A stretch of DNA of 64,000 nucleotides from positions 448,001-512,000 of the forward strand of contig CAVVLJ010000017.1 in NCBI GenBank assembly GCA_963749075.1, read 5' to 3'. The position numbers and the translations under genes are program-made. The stretch's first letter is position 1. The number at the start of each line of letters is the position of its first letter. The notes below the pieces were generated by a model. It made no database searches. It saw nothing but the letters and a program-made list of their open reading frames with translations, and had not been told where the DNA came from. This document shows positions 9,647 through 19,148 of the stretch, piece after piece. Origin of the DNA: an uncultured Pseudomonadota bacterium (GTDB lineage: Bacteria; Pseudomonadota; Alphaproteobacteria; JACZXZ01).

Positions 9647-10033
9647 ATGAGCCGGCGGCAAGGCGCCGAGGGCTTCACCCTCGTCGAGGTGCTGGTCGCC
9701 CTCGTCATCCTCGGCCTCGTGCTGGGCGCCTGCTACCGCCTGCTCTCGACCGGGCTCAAGAGCATCGCCGAGGCGGATGGCTCCCTGCGCGCCGTGCTGG
9801 TCGCCGAATCGGTGCTCGCGGACGCGAGCCAGCGCGACGATCCCCGCGACGCCGCGAACGACCTCGCGATCGACGGCTACCGCTGCAACGTCGCGGTCGT
9901 CCCTTATGACGATGCGGAGATGCCGGGTCCCGAGGAGACCCACCTCCGCCTCTATCGCGTGACGGTCACCGTCGAATGGGGGCTTCGGCGGTCCTACGAG
10001 CTCGCGACGCTCGCCCTCGGGCCCGCGTCGTGA
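9647..10033 (+). CDS. gspI: Minor pseudopilin GspI
   Basis: GFTLVEVLVAL; LYRVTVTVEW; operon position. Confidence 0.85.
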   Translation: MSRRQGAEGFTLVEVLVALVILGLVLGACYRLLSTGLKSIAEADGSLRAVLVAESVLADASQRDDPRDAANDLAIDGYRCNVAVVPYDDAEMPGPEETHLRLYRVTVTVEWGLRRSYELATLALGPAS

Positions 10034-10695
10034 GCGGTGCCGCGAGCCGTTCCGGGTGCCAAGCGGGCTTCACCCTGCTCGAGGTCGTGGTGGCACTCGT
10101 CATCTTCGGCTTCATCATGGCGGCGCTCTCGGGCGGTCTCGCCTTCTCGCTCAAGGCCTCGCGCACGGGCCAGCGCCTCACCGACGACACGCTCGCGATC
10201 GCCCGCCTCGACGAGCTCCTGCGCCACGATCTCGAACGCGCGCTCCCGCTGCGCGAGGCGGGCGGCGCACATGCGCCGCTCGCCTTCGCCGGCCGCGCCG
10301 AGAGCCTCGAGTTCACCATAGCAGCACCCTCCTACCCCACGGCGGCGGGTCTCTACGAGGTAAGCTTTTCGGTGCTCTCGGGTGCCGGCGTCGAGAGGCT
10401 CAGCTACCGGCGCCGCGCTTCGGCGGCGACGCCGGCGCCCGCCGACGCCGACGAGCGGCCGCGCACGCTGCTCGAGCAGCCCGCCGCCCGCATCAGCTTC
10501 GCCTACTTCGACGGCGAGTCCTGGCGCGACTCTTGGCTCGATGCCGAAGCACTTCCCCGCCTCGTGCGCCTGCGCATCTCGGATGGCTGGCGCGGCGGCC
10601 TGCTCTGGCCCGACATCATCGTGCGGCCCGCGGCCGATGCCGATCCGGAATGCCCGGACAGGAGCCGGGCCAAGGCCTGCGCGGGCGGGAGTTGA
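10030..10695 (+). CDS. gspJ: Minor pseudopilin GspJ
   Basis: GFTLLEVVVAL; WRDSW...LPRLVRL; GTG start overlaps the gspI stop. Confidence 0.85.
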   Translation: MSGAASRSGCQAGFTLLEVVVALVIFGFIMAALSGGLAFSLKASRTGQRLTDDTLAIARLDELLRHDLERALPLREAGGAHAPLAFAGRAESLEFTIAAPSYPTAAGLYEVSFSVLSGAGVERLSYRRRASAATPAPADADERPRTLLEQPAARISFAYFDGESWRDSWLDAEALPRLVRLRISDGWRGGLLWPDIIVRPAADADPECPDRSRAKACAGGS

Positions 10696-10700
10696 GAGCC

Positions 10701-11558
10701 GTGGCACCCCTAGTCGGCGAGATCAGGCGCGACAGCGAGAGGGGCGTGGCACTCGTGATCGTGCTCTTCACGCTGGTGGCCATCGCCCTCGTCGTCGGCA
10801 TCTTCAGCCGCACCACCTTCACCGGTCGCCGCGTCGTCGCGAACGAGGCGGAGCATGCGCGCGCCCATGCCATGCTCCCGGCCGGCCTCAACCGCGCCAT
10901 CGTGGCGCTTGCCGATCCCTTGCGCGAGCGGCACTGGCAGCCGGACGGCAGCGTCCACGACTTCGCCTTCGACGGCGGCACGGTCGCCCTCAGCATTCAG
11001 GACGAGGGCGGCAAGATCGATCTCAATGCCGCACCCGCGGCGGTGCTCAAGTCGCTCCTCGCCGAGTTCGGCGTCGCCGAGCACGATGCCACGGCGATCG
11101 TGGCGGAGATCGAGCGTCGGCGCGCGGCCGCCCGTGCCGCGGCCACGGCGAATGCGCCGCGCAAGGTCTTCCACAACAGCGTCGAGCTGCGCGCGATAGA
11201 AGGCATCTCCGGGCCGCTCTATGATACGCTGGCTCCGTTCGTCACCGTCTATTCGGGCAAGCCCGCGATCAATCCCGCCACGGCGCCGGCCGCGGTACTG
11301 GCGGCACTTATCGGCATCGAGCGGCCAGACCTTGTCCAGGCCGTGGCCAGCGGCACAACGGCGGCCTTGAAGGACGCGCGGGAGATCGTGCAGCATCTCC
11401 CCGGGGCGAGCAGCTGGCTCAAGGGCGACTTGGGGCCGTTCTACACGATCTCGGTCGACGCGAGGACGGACGGCGGTGCCGCGGCCTCGGCCGCCTTCGT
11501 GATTTGGCAGACGGGCAGCGCCTTTAGCGTGATCGAGCGGCACGACCGGGCGCTTTGA
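10701..11558 (+). CDS. gspK: Minor pseudopilin GspK
   Basis: ERGVALVIVL (no E5, as in GspK); IQDEGGKIDLN; INPATAP. Confidence 0.88.
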   Translation: MAPLVGEIRRDSERGVALVIVLFTLVAIALVVGIFSRTTFTGRRVVANEAEHARAHAMLPAGLNRAIVALADPLRERHWQPDGSVHDFAFDGGTVALSIQDEGGKIDLNAAPAAVLKSLLAEFGVAEHDATAIVAEIERRRAAARAAATANAPRKVFHNSVELRAIEGISGPLYDTLAPFVTVYSGKPAINPATAPAAVLAALIGIERPDLVQAVASGTTAALKDAREIVQHLPGASSWLKGDLGPFYTISVDARTDGGAAASAAFVIWQTGSAFSVIERHDRAL

Positions 11559-11575
11559 GCGGGTCCGCGGGAAAG

Positions 11576-12682
11576 ATGGCAAGCATCGAGCTAAGCAATT
11601 CGACCGCGGCGCTCGGCCGGCGCTTCCTCGCTTGGTGGCTGGGCGAGCTTGCCGCCGTCTTCACGCCGGCCGGGTCGCTCTCGCAGGCGCCCTTGGTCAA
11701 TGCGCTCGTGCTCGATTGCCGGGGCCACGAGCTGCGCCTCGCGCAGCGCAAGGGCGGGCGCGAGCTCCCGCTCGGCACGCTGCCGCTTGAGGATCCAGCC
11801 GAGCGCCAGATCGAGCATGTTAGCACCCTCTTCCGCCGCGGCGGCGGGCGCGCCATCGTGCTGCGCTTTCCCGCCGAGACGGGCCTCAGGCGGACGGTGC
11901 CGTTGCCGCTTGCGGCCGAGCGGGACCTGCGGCAGATCCTGTCCCACGAGATGGAGCGTCTCACCCCCTGGCCGGCGGAGGCGGTCTATTTCTCGGCCGA
12001 GGTCGCCGAGCGCCGCGCCGCGAGCCGCGAGCTCACAGCACAGCTCGCCGTGATCCCTGCCGCCGTCGTGGCACCCGTGGCGGCACGGCTGCGGCAATGG
12101 GGCTTGGCGCCGACGGCACTCGAGCTCGCCGCCGCCGAGGGCGGCGGCACGGATGCCGGCGCAAGGCTCTTCGGCAAGGAACTGCCCGTGCCCGCCGCCG
12201 GCCGCCGCCATGGCCGCCTCCTCGGCGGCGCCGCAGCAGTGCTCGCCATTTTCTGGCTCGGCTGCGGCACGCTCCATTACTGGCGCCAAGAGCGCATCGA
12301 CGCGCTCGAGGCGCAGCTCGCCGCAGCAAGGAGCAAGGCGGAGCATGCCGAGGTGCTGCGCGTCGAGCTCGCGCGCTTGAGCGGCAGCGACCGCGATCTC
12401 GTCAACCGTCCCGCCGGCAGCACGCCGCTCATCGTCCTCCTCGATGCCTTGAGCACGCTCCTGCCCGACGGGAGCTGGCTGACCGAGCTCCATATAGGCC
12501 GCACGGGAATCGAGCTCTCCGGCTATTCCGAGGATGCCGCGGCCCTCATTCCCCTCATCGAGCGCTCGCATTATTTTTCCGACGTGAAGTTCCGCGCCAA
12601 TCTGGTACGCGATCCCCAGCTCCGATTGGACCGCTTCCAGATCGCCGCCGCCCTGCGCGCAGCGAAGGGAGATGCGCCGTGA
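11576..12682 (+). CDS. gspL: GspL-like protein with a PilN-type periplasmic domain
   Basis: FLAWWLGEL N-terminus; one TM helix; LSTLLPDGSWLTEL...IELSGYS. Confidence 0.8.
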   Translation: MASIELSNSTAALGRRFLAWWLGELAAVFTPAGSLSQAPLVNALVLDCRGHELRLAQRKGGRELPLGTLPLEDPAERQIEHVSTLFRRGGGRAIVLRFPAETGLRRTVPLPLAAERDLRQILSHEMERLTPWPAEAVYFSAEVAERRAASRELTAQLAVIPAAVVAPVAARLRQWGLAPTALELAAAEGGGTDAGARLFGKELPVPAAGRRHGRLLGGAAAVLAIFWLGCGTLHYWRQERIDALEAQLAAARSKAEHAEVLRVELARLSGSDRDLVNRPAGSTPLIVLLDALSTLLPDGSWLTELHIGRTGIELSGYSEDAAALIPLIERSHYFSDVKFRANLVRDPQLRLDRFQIAAALRAAKGDAP

Positions 12683-13284
12683 TGGCGGCGCTCGGCCCCC
12701 GGCAATCGCGCGCGCTGGCGCTGGCGCTCCTCCTCCTGGTCATCGCCGCGGTCGTCGCGGGCGTCGTCTGGTCGGCCGCGGCATTGCGCGCGCAGGGCAA
12801 GGCACTCGCCCGGCTCGAGACCAACGTCGGGCGCTTCGCCGCCTTCGCCCAGGGGCGCGCGGCGCTCGAGAGCCGGCTCGCGGCACTCCGCCGCGGCGAG
12901 GCGCAGGATGCCAGCCTCTTCAACGCGGCAACCGTCAATCAGGCGACGGCGGCGCTCCAGCATCTGGTCGACGATGTGGTGACCGAGGCGAGGGGGCATA
13001 CCGACACCGTCGAGATTCTGCCCGAGAAGAGCGACGGGCCGCTCATCCGCATCGGCGAGCGGCTCACCATGAGCGGCGACATCGCCGCCGTGCGTCGCAT
13101 CCTCTTTCGCCTCGAAGCGGGCAAGCCCGCGCTCTTCGCCGACAACCTGCGCATCCGCATCAACGATGCGGCGGAGCTCGTGACGGGGCACTTCGATGCG
13201 TCCAAGCCGGCGCCGCTCGCCGTCGGCCTCGAGCTCTACGGCTATACGCTCGCGCGCGCCGACGGCGCAGCGGTGCCGCGTTGA
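12682..13284 (+). CDS. gspM: GspM-like protein
   Basis: N-terminal TM, coiled coil, LFRLEAGKPALFADNL; operon position. Confidence 0.78.
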   Translation: MAALGPRQSRALALALLLLVIAAVVAGVVWSAAALRAQGKALARLETNVGRFAAFAQGRAALESRLAALRRGEAQDASLFNAATVNQATAALQHLVDDVVTEARGHTDTVEILPEKSDGPLIRIGERLTMSGDIAAVRRILFRLEAGKPALFADNLRIRINDAAELVTGHFDASKPAPLAVGLELYGYTLARADGAAVPR

Positions 13285-13295
13285 GGGCGTGCAGC

Positions 13296-13781
13296 ATGGG
13301 CTCGCGCGAACGCCTCGATGATGGGATGCGCCGGAGCGTTGTCCGCCGTCTCATTGCCGCGGCGCTGTTCATGCTGTCGGCCACGGCGGCACCGGCACAG
13401 CAGCCCGCCGCGACGGGCAAGCCCCCTGCCGCCGAGGCATCCCGCGCCGCCGGCGACGGCGACTTGAGCGGCGTGCCGCTCGAGCATTTCCGCGCCATCG
13501 TGGAACGGCCGCTCTTCTCGCCGACGCGCCGGCCGCCGCCGTCCCAGGCCGGCGAGCCGGATAGCGGCACCCGGCAATTCCAGCTCAAGGGGGTCATCGT
13601 CTCGGCGCGCGATCAGCATGCGCTCATCGTCTCGCAGTCGACGGGCAAATCCTACCAGGTGCGGACCGGCGACGTGGTCGAGGGCTGGCGCGTCGAGCGC
13701 ATCACTGGGGACTCGGTCGCCTTCACCAAGGGCGGCGTCGAGGCGCTGGTACCCCTCCTGCCGCCGCATGCCCATCCCTGA
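13296..13781 (+). CDS. GspC/XpsN-like protein without PDZ domain
   Basis: IVERPLFSPTRRP, then LKGVIVS...GDVVEGWRVERI; last gene of the operon. Alternative start at 13326. Confidence 0.7.
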   Translation: MGSRERLDDGMRRSVVRRLIAAALFMLSATAAPAQQPAATGKPPAAEASRAAGDGDLSGVPLEHFRAIVERPLFSPTRRPPPSQAGEPDSGTRQFQLKGVIVSARDQHALIVSQSTGKSYQVRTGDVVEGWRVERITGDSVAFTKGGVEALVPLLPPHAHP

Positions 13782-13890
13782 GCCGGCCGCCCGGCCGCGA
13801 AGAGGGCCGCATAGTCTTGGGGAAGGGGCTGCGCGGACGGGACCGGCACCTCCCGCCCGCAAGCGCGCCACCTGGACGGCGATCGCCGGG

Positions 13891-14848
13891 CTACTGCAGC
13901 ATGATCGACGAAAGGGTCGGCCCCGGCGTCGAATTGTCGGAGATCTGGTTGTTGCCGAACGACGATATGGCACCGCCGTTCGTGATCAAGACGCCGGTGG
14001 CATTTCCGGAAACGACCGAATAGCCGATCCTGATCAAGGCGCTCCCGCTGGCATTGAGGCCGGCGCCGTTGTTGACCGAAAGGGTGCGCGTAACCTGCAT
14101 CAGGGCGGACGCGCCGGCCGACGAGGACGCCGTCAAGCCGGAGTTGGTGTTTTCGCCGGCCACGCTGTCGGTGACCGAGACAAAGCTGGTTGCGCTGGCG
14201 GTGCTGCCGTCCACCCGAATCCCCAATACGTTGTTCGTCACGATGACGCGGGCGATCGAAGCTTTGGCGCTTCCGCCCGAGGTAGGCGCGATGATGATGC
14301 CGCCGCCCGTCGAGCCGGTTCCATTCTCGGCGATGCGGGTGTCGGACACGTCAAGCGCGGCCGCGCCGCTTGGCGTGAATGAGAATTCCCGTCGCGCTGC
14401 CGGCTTGGAAGCCGCGGATGAGGCAGTTCTTGACATGAAGAGCGGCCCCGGAGGTGAAGCTGATGCCGGAGAGACCTGATCCGATCCCTTCGAAATCAAG
14501 GCCGCTCAAATAGACGACGATGGTGTTGGCGCCGCCGTCGGTGATGTTGATGCCGTTGGTTCCCGACACCAGCACGCCGCCATTCGACATCGGATCGCAG
14601 ACGATCGCGATGGACTTGGTGATGGTGACGGCGCCGAACCCGCCCGGATCGAGGCAGTTGATCTCGCCGGCCGCCAACGTCTTGCTGATGGCGCCGGCGA
14701 AGGTCTTGCAAGGCGCCGTCCTGCTGCATGGGTTGGCATCGTCGCCGACGCCCGATACCCAGGTGCGGCTCGCCTGGGCGTGCGCCGCCTCGGGCGCCGC
14801 CAACAGGCAAAACGTCAATGAAGCCAGAACGATGGCAAGCGCTTTCAT
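13891..14848 (-). CDS. Secreted right-handed beta-helix (pectin-lyase-like) protein, frameshifted at about 14384-14385
   Basis: Sec signal (AHA|Q); ASRTWVSGVGDDANPCSRTAPCKTFAGA; Asn/Gly/Ile-rich repeats. Deleting one T (ATTCTCA to ATCTCA) joins the two ORFs as GISFTPSG. Confidence 0.8.
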
Positions 14849-15124
14849 GCCCCCCTCCATGATATAATAGGTTGAGCGAGCTGCCGCTACTCTTCTACTC
14901 TTCGCACATCCCACTTATCAATGGTCCCACGTCTAACCATCAAGTCTAGCAGAGGCGATGACTTTCCACAACAGCGGATACCCGGGAGAGCCCATGCGGG
15001 GAGCAAGCGCTCGCGCAGCTCGCAGCGCTTTCGGGACGTCGCGACCGTCGCGGATTGTCCCGCGGCTGGCAGAGCGATCAGCGGCACGACGCGTGGCCGG
15101 CCAGGCCGGCGCGGGTGCGTCCCG

Positions 15125-15817
15125 ATGCTGTTGATCGTCAATTCCATGCCCAAGTGCGGCAGCACATGGTTCCATGATTTTGTGGCCCGTTGCCTGTCCG
15201 CCATCGGTCACCCGACCGCGCGCCAAGCGACCGCCGCTCGTCCGATCACGCTCAACGAGCGCGACAACCCGGGCTCGCTCGAAGGCCGCGTCCTCGGGAT
15301 CCTGCTGGACGCGGCACGTTCGAATACTTTCGCCGTGAAGGCGCATGTCCCGCCCAATCGAGAGCTCGTCGCTGCGCTCGGCGGCGGCGGCGCGAGGTCC
15401 GCTTTCCTCATACGGCATCCCGCCGATGTGGTGCGTTCCTCGCTGGCGTACGGCGAATTCTGCCGGCGGGCGGGACGCGACGAGCCCTACGCGGATTTCT
15501 ATCGAACCGAGGACGCAGCGGCATTCGTCGAGCCGTTCGTCGATTGGGCGGAGCGGTGGCTCGCCCTGGGCAGCGCAGCCCGTGTCATCCGATACGAATA
15601 TCTATTTGCCACCGACGAGAATACTCTTGCCGCCATTCACGAGCTTGCCCCGGATACCGACCCCGTGGCCGCGGAGATTCTGGAGGACATGCGGCCGCGA
15701 AACCTCTCGCAGCCGGAGCGCGACTGGCTCCGCGTCAATCTCGTGCGGCGGCCGGACATAGGCGACGGCGGGGCGGCGGTCTGCGATGCTTGGGCAAGGC
15801 GGCTCGGCTACCCATGA
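15125..15817 (+). CDS. Sulfotransferase-domain protein
   Basis: 5'-PSB-like SMPKCGSTW; 3'-PB-like IRHPADVVRS; IRYE. Confidence 0.75.
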   Translation: MLLIVNSMPKCGSTWFHDFVARCLSAIGHPTARQATAARPITLNERDNPGSLEGRVLGILLDAARSNTFAVKAHVPPNRELVAALGGGGARSAFLIRHPADVVRSSLAYGEFCRRAGRDEPYADFYRTEDAAAFVEPFVDWAERWLALGSAARVIRYEYLFATDENTLAAIHELAPDTDPVAAEILEDMRPRNLSQPERDWLRVNLVRRPDIGDGGAAVCDAWARRLGYP

Positions 15818-15832
15818 CACCCGAAGCGCCCG

Positions 15833-18800
15833 CTACTCCGCGGCAACGGGTGGCGACAACATGAGGCCGGCCATGATCTCGCGTACGTCGCTCGCCGCGT
15901 CGCGATAGGGCGTCCAGCCCGAGAGCCGGCACGGCAGCCGCTGGCCGCGCTCGAACAGGCTCTTCTGGATCGGATAGCTGTAGGCGTGCTCGCGCAGGAA
16001 GTCGGCATGGCTGAAGGGTCGGCCGGTCGTCGGGTAGAGCCGCGCCGCGGCCGAGAAATTGTTGATATAGGCCTCGGCCGGCTGCTCGATGATCTTGACC
16101 GTGCGTGCGTTCTCGCACATGCGCGGAATCATGCCGTAGTCGATGTTGGCGAAGTGCTTTCGCGTGTAGCGCTGGAGCGTGCCGGCGGTGGTGAAGAGCG
16201 GATGGATGAAGACGGAGTGAATCTCGACCCCGCCCGGAACCGGCCAGAACACGTCGCGCGGATGGCGGCCGAAGTCCCTGTTCTCGACGGCGACCACCTG
16301 CGAGCGGAAGTAATGGTGCGCGTGGCTTGCGGCGAGCGTGGCGAGCTCCGCGCTCGAGATGGCGATGACCGGCTCGCGGCCGTAGCGCTCGCGCAAGGCC
16401 GGCAGGAACGTCTCGCTCTCGGCCACGATATTGCCGCCGCCGCAGCACCCGAAGCCTTGGTGCCCGTAGCGCGCCATGGCGTCGAGCGAGCCGTCGGCGA
16501 CGATCGCATCGACGGGGATCATGAAGAGATGGGCATTCGCCCCTTGCGCGAAGAAGATGGAGCAGTGATCCACGATCCCGTAGAACATGTAGAAGTGAGT
16601 GCTGAGATAGCCCGCTCTCAGGTCGCTCAGCAAGCTCTCGGGGATATGCGAGAACTCGATGTCGGCGAGCCGGCTCAACTGCGCGAAAACGGCATGGCGC
16701 CTGATCTGGAGCTCGCCGGCCGGATTGGTGATGATGGAGAAGACGATGGAGCCCCTCTCGCCGAGTGCCGGCAGATTGCCGGGTGCGAGCATCGAGCGCA
16801 GGTTATACTGCATGAAATTCTCGATGAACTCGCCGCCCCAGACGATGGCGCCCATCACATAGATTTCCTCGTCCGGGTGCCGCGCGCGGTATTCCTTGCC
16901 GCGCCAGTGGCAGAGCGGATAGGCCTCCAGGCAATAGCGGACGAGCGCTTCCATCTCGGGCGGCAGGTCGAGCCTCAACTGCTGCCAAAGGGCGACGAAC
17001 TGGTCGAAGAGGCCGAGCCTCAGAAAGACGACGAAAAGGGGATAGATGGCGGCCTTCTCCTCCGTCGCGCCCGCGTAGCTCACGCGCCCGCCGGCAACGA
17101 CCTGCCGCAATTCATCGAGCTTGCTCTCGACCTCGGGGATGCAGCCCTGACGCACTTCGAAGCCGAAAATGAGCTCGGCGGAAGACACGAGCTCCTGCAA
17201 TGTGTAAATCCGCGCCGCTTCCTGGGCCTCGGCCTCCTCGGCGCTGAGCACGCCCAGTTTTTCGCGCGCCTCATGGACGCGGTCGAGGATGTCGAGAAAG
17301 GCCCGGCGGCAGGCGGCGGGATTCTGGGCGGGCAGGCCGACAATCGCGGCCCCGTCCTTGAGGGGCAGCCGCAGCTCGCGCTCGAGCAGATCGAACTCGT
17401 TGTCGCTGTTGCTTTCCCAGAAGAGCTCGGCATAGCGCGCGAGCGACAGCTTGTGCGTCTCGAAGGCCTTTTTGGGGCTGATCTCGATGTAGCCGATGCG
17501 GTCTTCCGGGCGGACGATATAGGACACGGGCCCGCCCGTGCGCCGGTCCCGCCAGATGCGCGCGAGCGAGCTGTCGAGCGTGAAATAGGTCAGGCGGGTC
17601 GCCGATTGCAAGAGCGCAGGGCTGATGTGGAGCGGCGTATAATGTGCCGTGTGCATGACGAGCACGGCACCCTCGCGCCAGGCGAAGAGGGTCGAGCGCG
17701 GCACGATGCGGGCAGCGATCTCCTTCTCCTCGAGGAAGACGGCCCGGCTCGCCGGATGAATGATGCCGAGGCCTAGGCTGTGCAGGTCGGGGGCGGGCAC
17801 GCTGAGCACGCCGTCCCCGCCGAGAAGCCCGTCGAGCACCCGCGCCACCTTCTCCCTCACGACCCTGAAGGAGTTGGAGAGGATGATCTGCCGGCCGCGC
17901 TCTTGGGCCAGCCTCTGCAAGCCTTGGAAAAAGCCGTTGGCGTAGACGATGTCGGGGTTCGTGAAATGGAGGCCGGCGCCGAGGCGCGTCGCGAGACGTA
18001 TGGTGGTGTTCGAAAGCACGCCGTAGAGCCAATAGCGTCCGTCCCCCCGCGCCAACTTGGTCAAGCGCTCGGAGATTTCCTCGAAGCGGATGTTGCCGGG
18101 CTTGGCGAGCTTGTGGAACGGCTCGTGCCGCATGATCCGCTCGCGCCCGGCCGAGGTGGTGAAGATGTGCCAGAAGATGGCGACGTGCTCGCCGAGGTCG
18201 CGCAGGTTCCCCTCGGCCAGGAGCGAAGGCACGCAATAGCGCTCGAAGAGCTCGTGATAGCGCTCGCCCCAGACCGCGAGCGAGACCACCAGCCGCTGCT
18301 CTCCGGGCAGGCCCGGCGACAGCCGAGCCGCCGCGATGCCGTCCTCGATCCGCCGCGCCAAGGGGAGAAGCTGGCGCATCAGGCGATCCTGGCGGCGGAA
18401 TTTCCCCTCGGGCCGTGACCGCACCTTGGTCAACCGCTCGAAGGCCTCGATCGCCCCGTCGATGTCGCCGTTGAGGGTGAGGAGCGCATAGGCGGCGCGC
18501 CGCCCGGCGAGATAGAGCTGGCGGACGCGATAGCGCGCACCCAGCCATCTGAGCGGCCACAGGGCAAGGGAGACAAGCGCCGCCTCGAGGTCCGCGTAGG
18601 TTCGTGAAAGGCCGCGGCCGAGGGCGCGCCAGCCGGCGGCGAACCGGCGCGCAAGCCAGCGGAGCGCGCGGAACAGGGCGCGGAGCGCCCCTCTGAGCTG
18701 CCGGAAAACGAAGCGGACGGGTACCGGCAGGACGTTGACGAGGATGCCGCGCAGCAGCCGCCCGCGCGTCCGCCAGCGCAACCAAGGGGCCCCCCGCGTG

Positions 18801-19009
18801 ATCAGCATCTGGAGCTGGAAGTCGAGCTTGATGTTCGCGGCCGCGACGTAGCGCTGGAGCCAATCGAAATACGACCACAGTGCTTTCTCGTCCTTCGACG
18901 AGAAGCGCATCGCCGCGAGCAGGGTGTCCTTGGCCAACTCGAAGAAGCGCCGGTAGGCAAGGCGGCGCTTGGAGCGGCTGAGCAGAAGGGAAAGCCGGCC
19001 CCTGATCAT
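15833..19009 (-). CDS. About 1058-aa protein with two tandem copies of an uncharacterised, possibly glycosyltransferase-like domain
   Basis: Repeated VWGxxY/F...SL/MLAxGNL module; start MIRGRL at 19009 inferred. Confidence 0.75.
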   Translation of the reverse strand: MIRGRLSLLLSRSKRRLAYRRFFELAKDTLLAAMRFSSKDEKALWSYFDWLQRYVAAANIKLDFQLQMLITRGAPWLRWRTRGRLLRGILVNVLPVPVRFVFRQLRGALRALFRALRWLARRFAAGWRALGRGLSRTYADLEAALVSLALWPLRWLGARYRVRQLYLAGRRAAYALLTLNGDIDGAIEAFERLTKVRSRPEGKFRRQDRLMRQLLPLARRIEDGIAAARLSPGLPGEQRLVVSLAVWGERYHELFERYCVPSLLAEGNLRDLGEHVAIFWHIFTTSAGRERIMRHEPFHKLAKPGNIRFEEISERLTKLARGDGRYWLYGVLSNTTIRLATRLGAGLHFTNPDIVYANGFFQGLQRLAQERGRQIILSNSFRVVREKVARVLDGLLGGDGVLSVPAPDLHSLGLGIIHPASRAVFLEEKEIAARIVPRSTLFAWREGAVLVMHTAHYTPLHISPALLQSATRLTYFTLDSSLARIWRDRRTGGPVSYIVRPEDRIGYIEISPKKAFETHKLSLARYAELFWESNSDNEFDLLERELRLPLKDGAAIVGLPAQNPAACRRAFLDILDRVHEAREKLGVLSAEEAEAQEAARIYTLQELVSSAELIFGFEVRQGCIPEVESKLDELRQVVAGGRVSYAGATEEKAAIYPLFVVFLRLGLFDQFVALWQQLRLDLPPEMEALVRYCLEAYPLCHWRGKEYRARHPDEEIYVMGAIVWGGEFIENFMQYNLRSMLAPGNLPALGERGSIVFSIITNPAGELQIRRHAVFAQLSRLADIEFSHIPESLLSDLRAGYLSTHFYMFYGIVDHCSIFFAQGANAHLFMIPVDAIVADGSLDAMARYGHQGFGCCGGGNIVAESETFLPALRERYGREPVIAISSAELATLAASHAHHYFRSQVVAVENRDFGRHPRDVFWPVPGGVEIHSVFIHPLFTTAGTLQRYTRKHFANIDYGMIPRMCENARTVKIIEQPAEAYINNFSAAARLYPTTGRPFSHADFLREHAYSYPIQKSLFERGQRLPCRLSGWTPYRDAASDVREIMAGLMLSPPVAAE

Positions 19010-19148
19010 CTCGGCTCCGCCGCGGACCGCTGGCCGATCCGGGTGTTCCCGAAGCGCCTCGCGGCTTGGGCATGGATCATCGCCGCCGATCCCGTTCCAG
19101 GGCGCTGCCGCAGTCGCGAGAGAGAAGAGCGATGTGCAGGCGATCTCT

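Noticed and set aside
2821-13781. Absence of prepilin peptidase gspO as a sign of a defective T2SS
   Set aside because: The peptidase is often encoded elsewhere and shared with type IV pili; one window cannot show loss.
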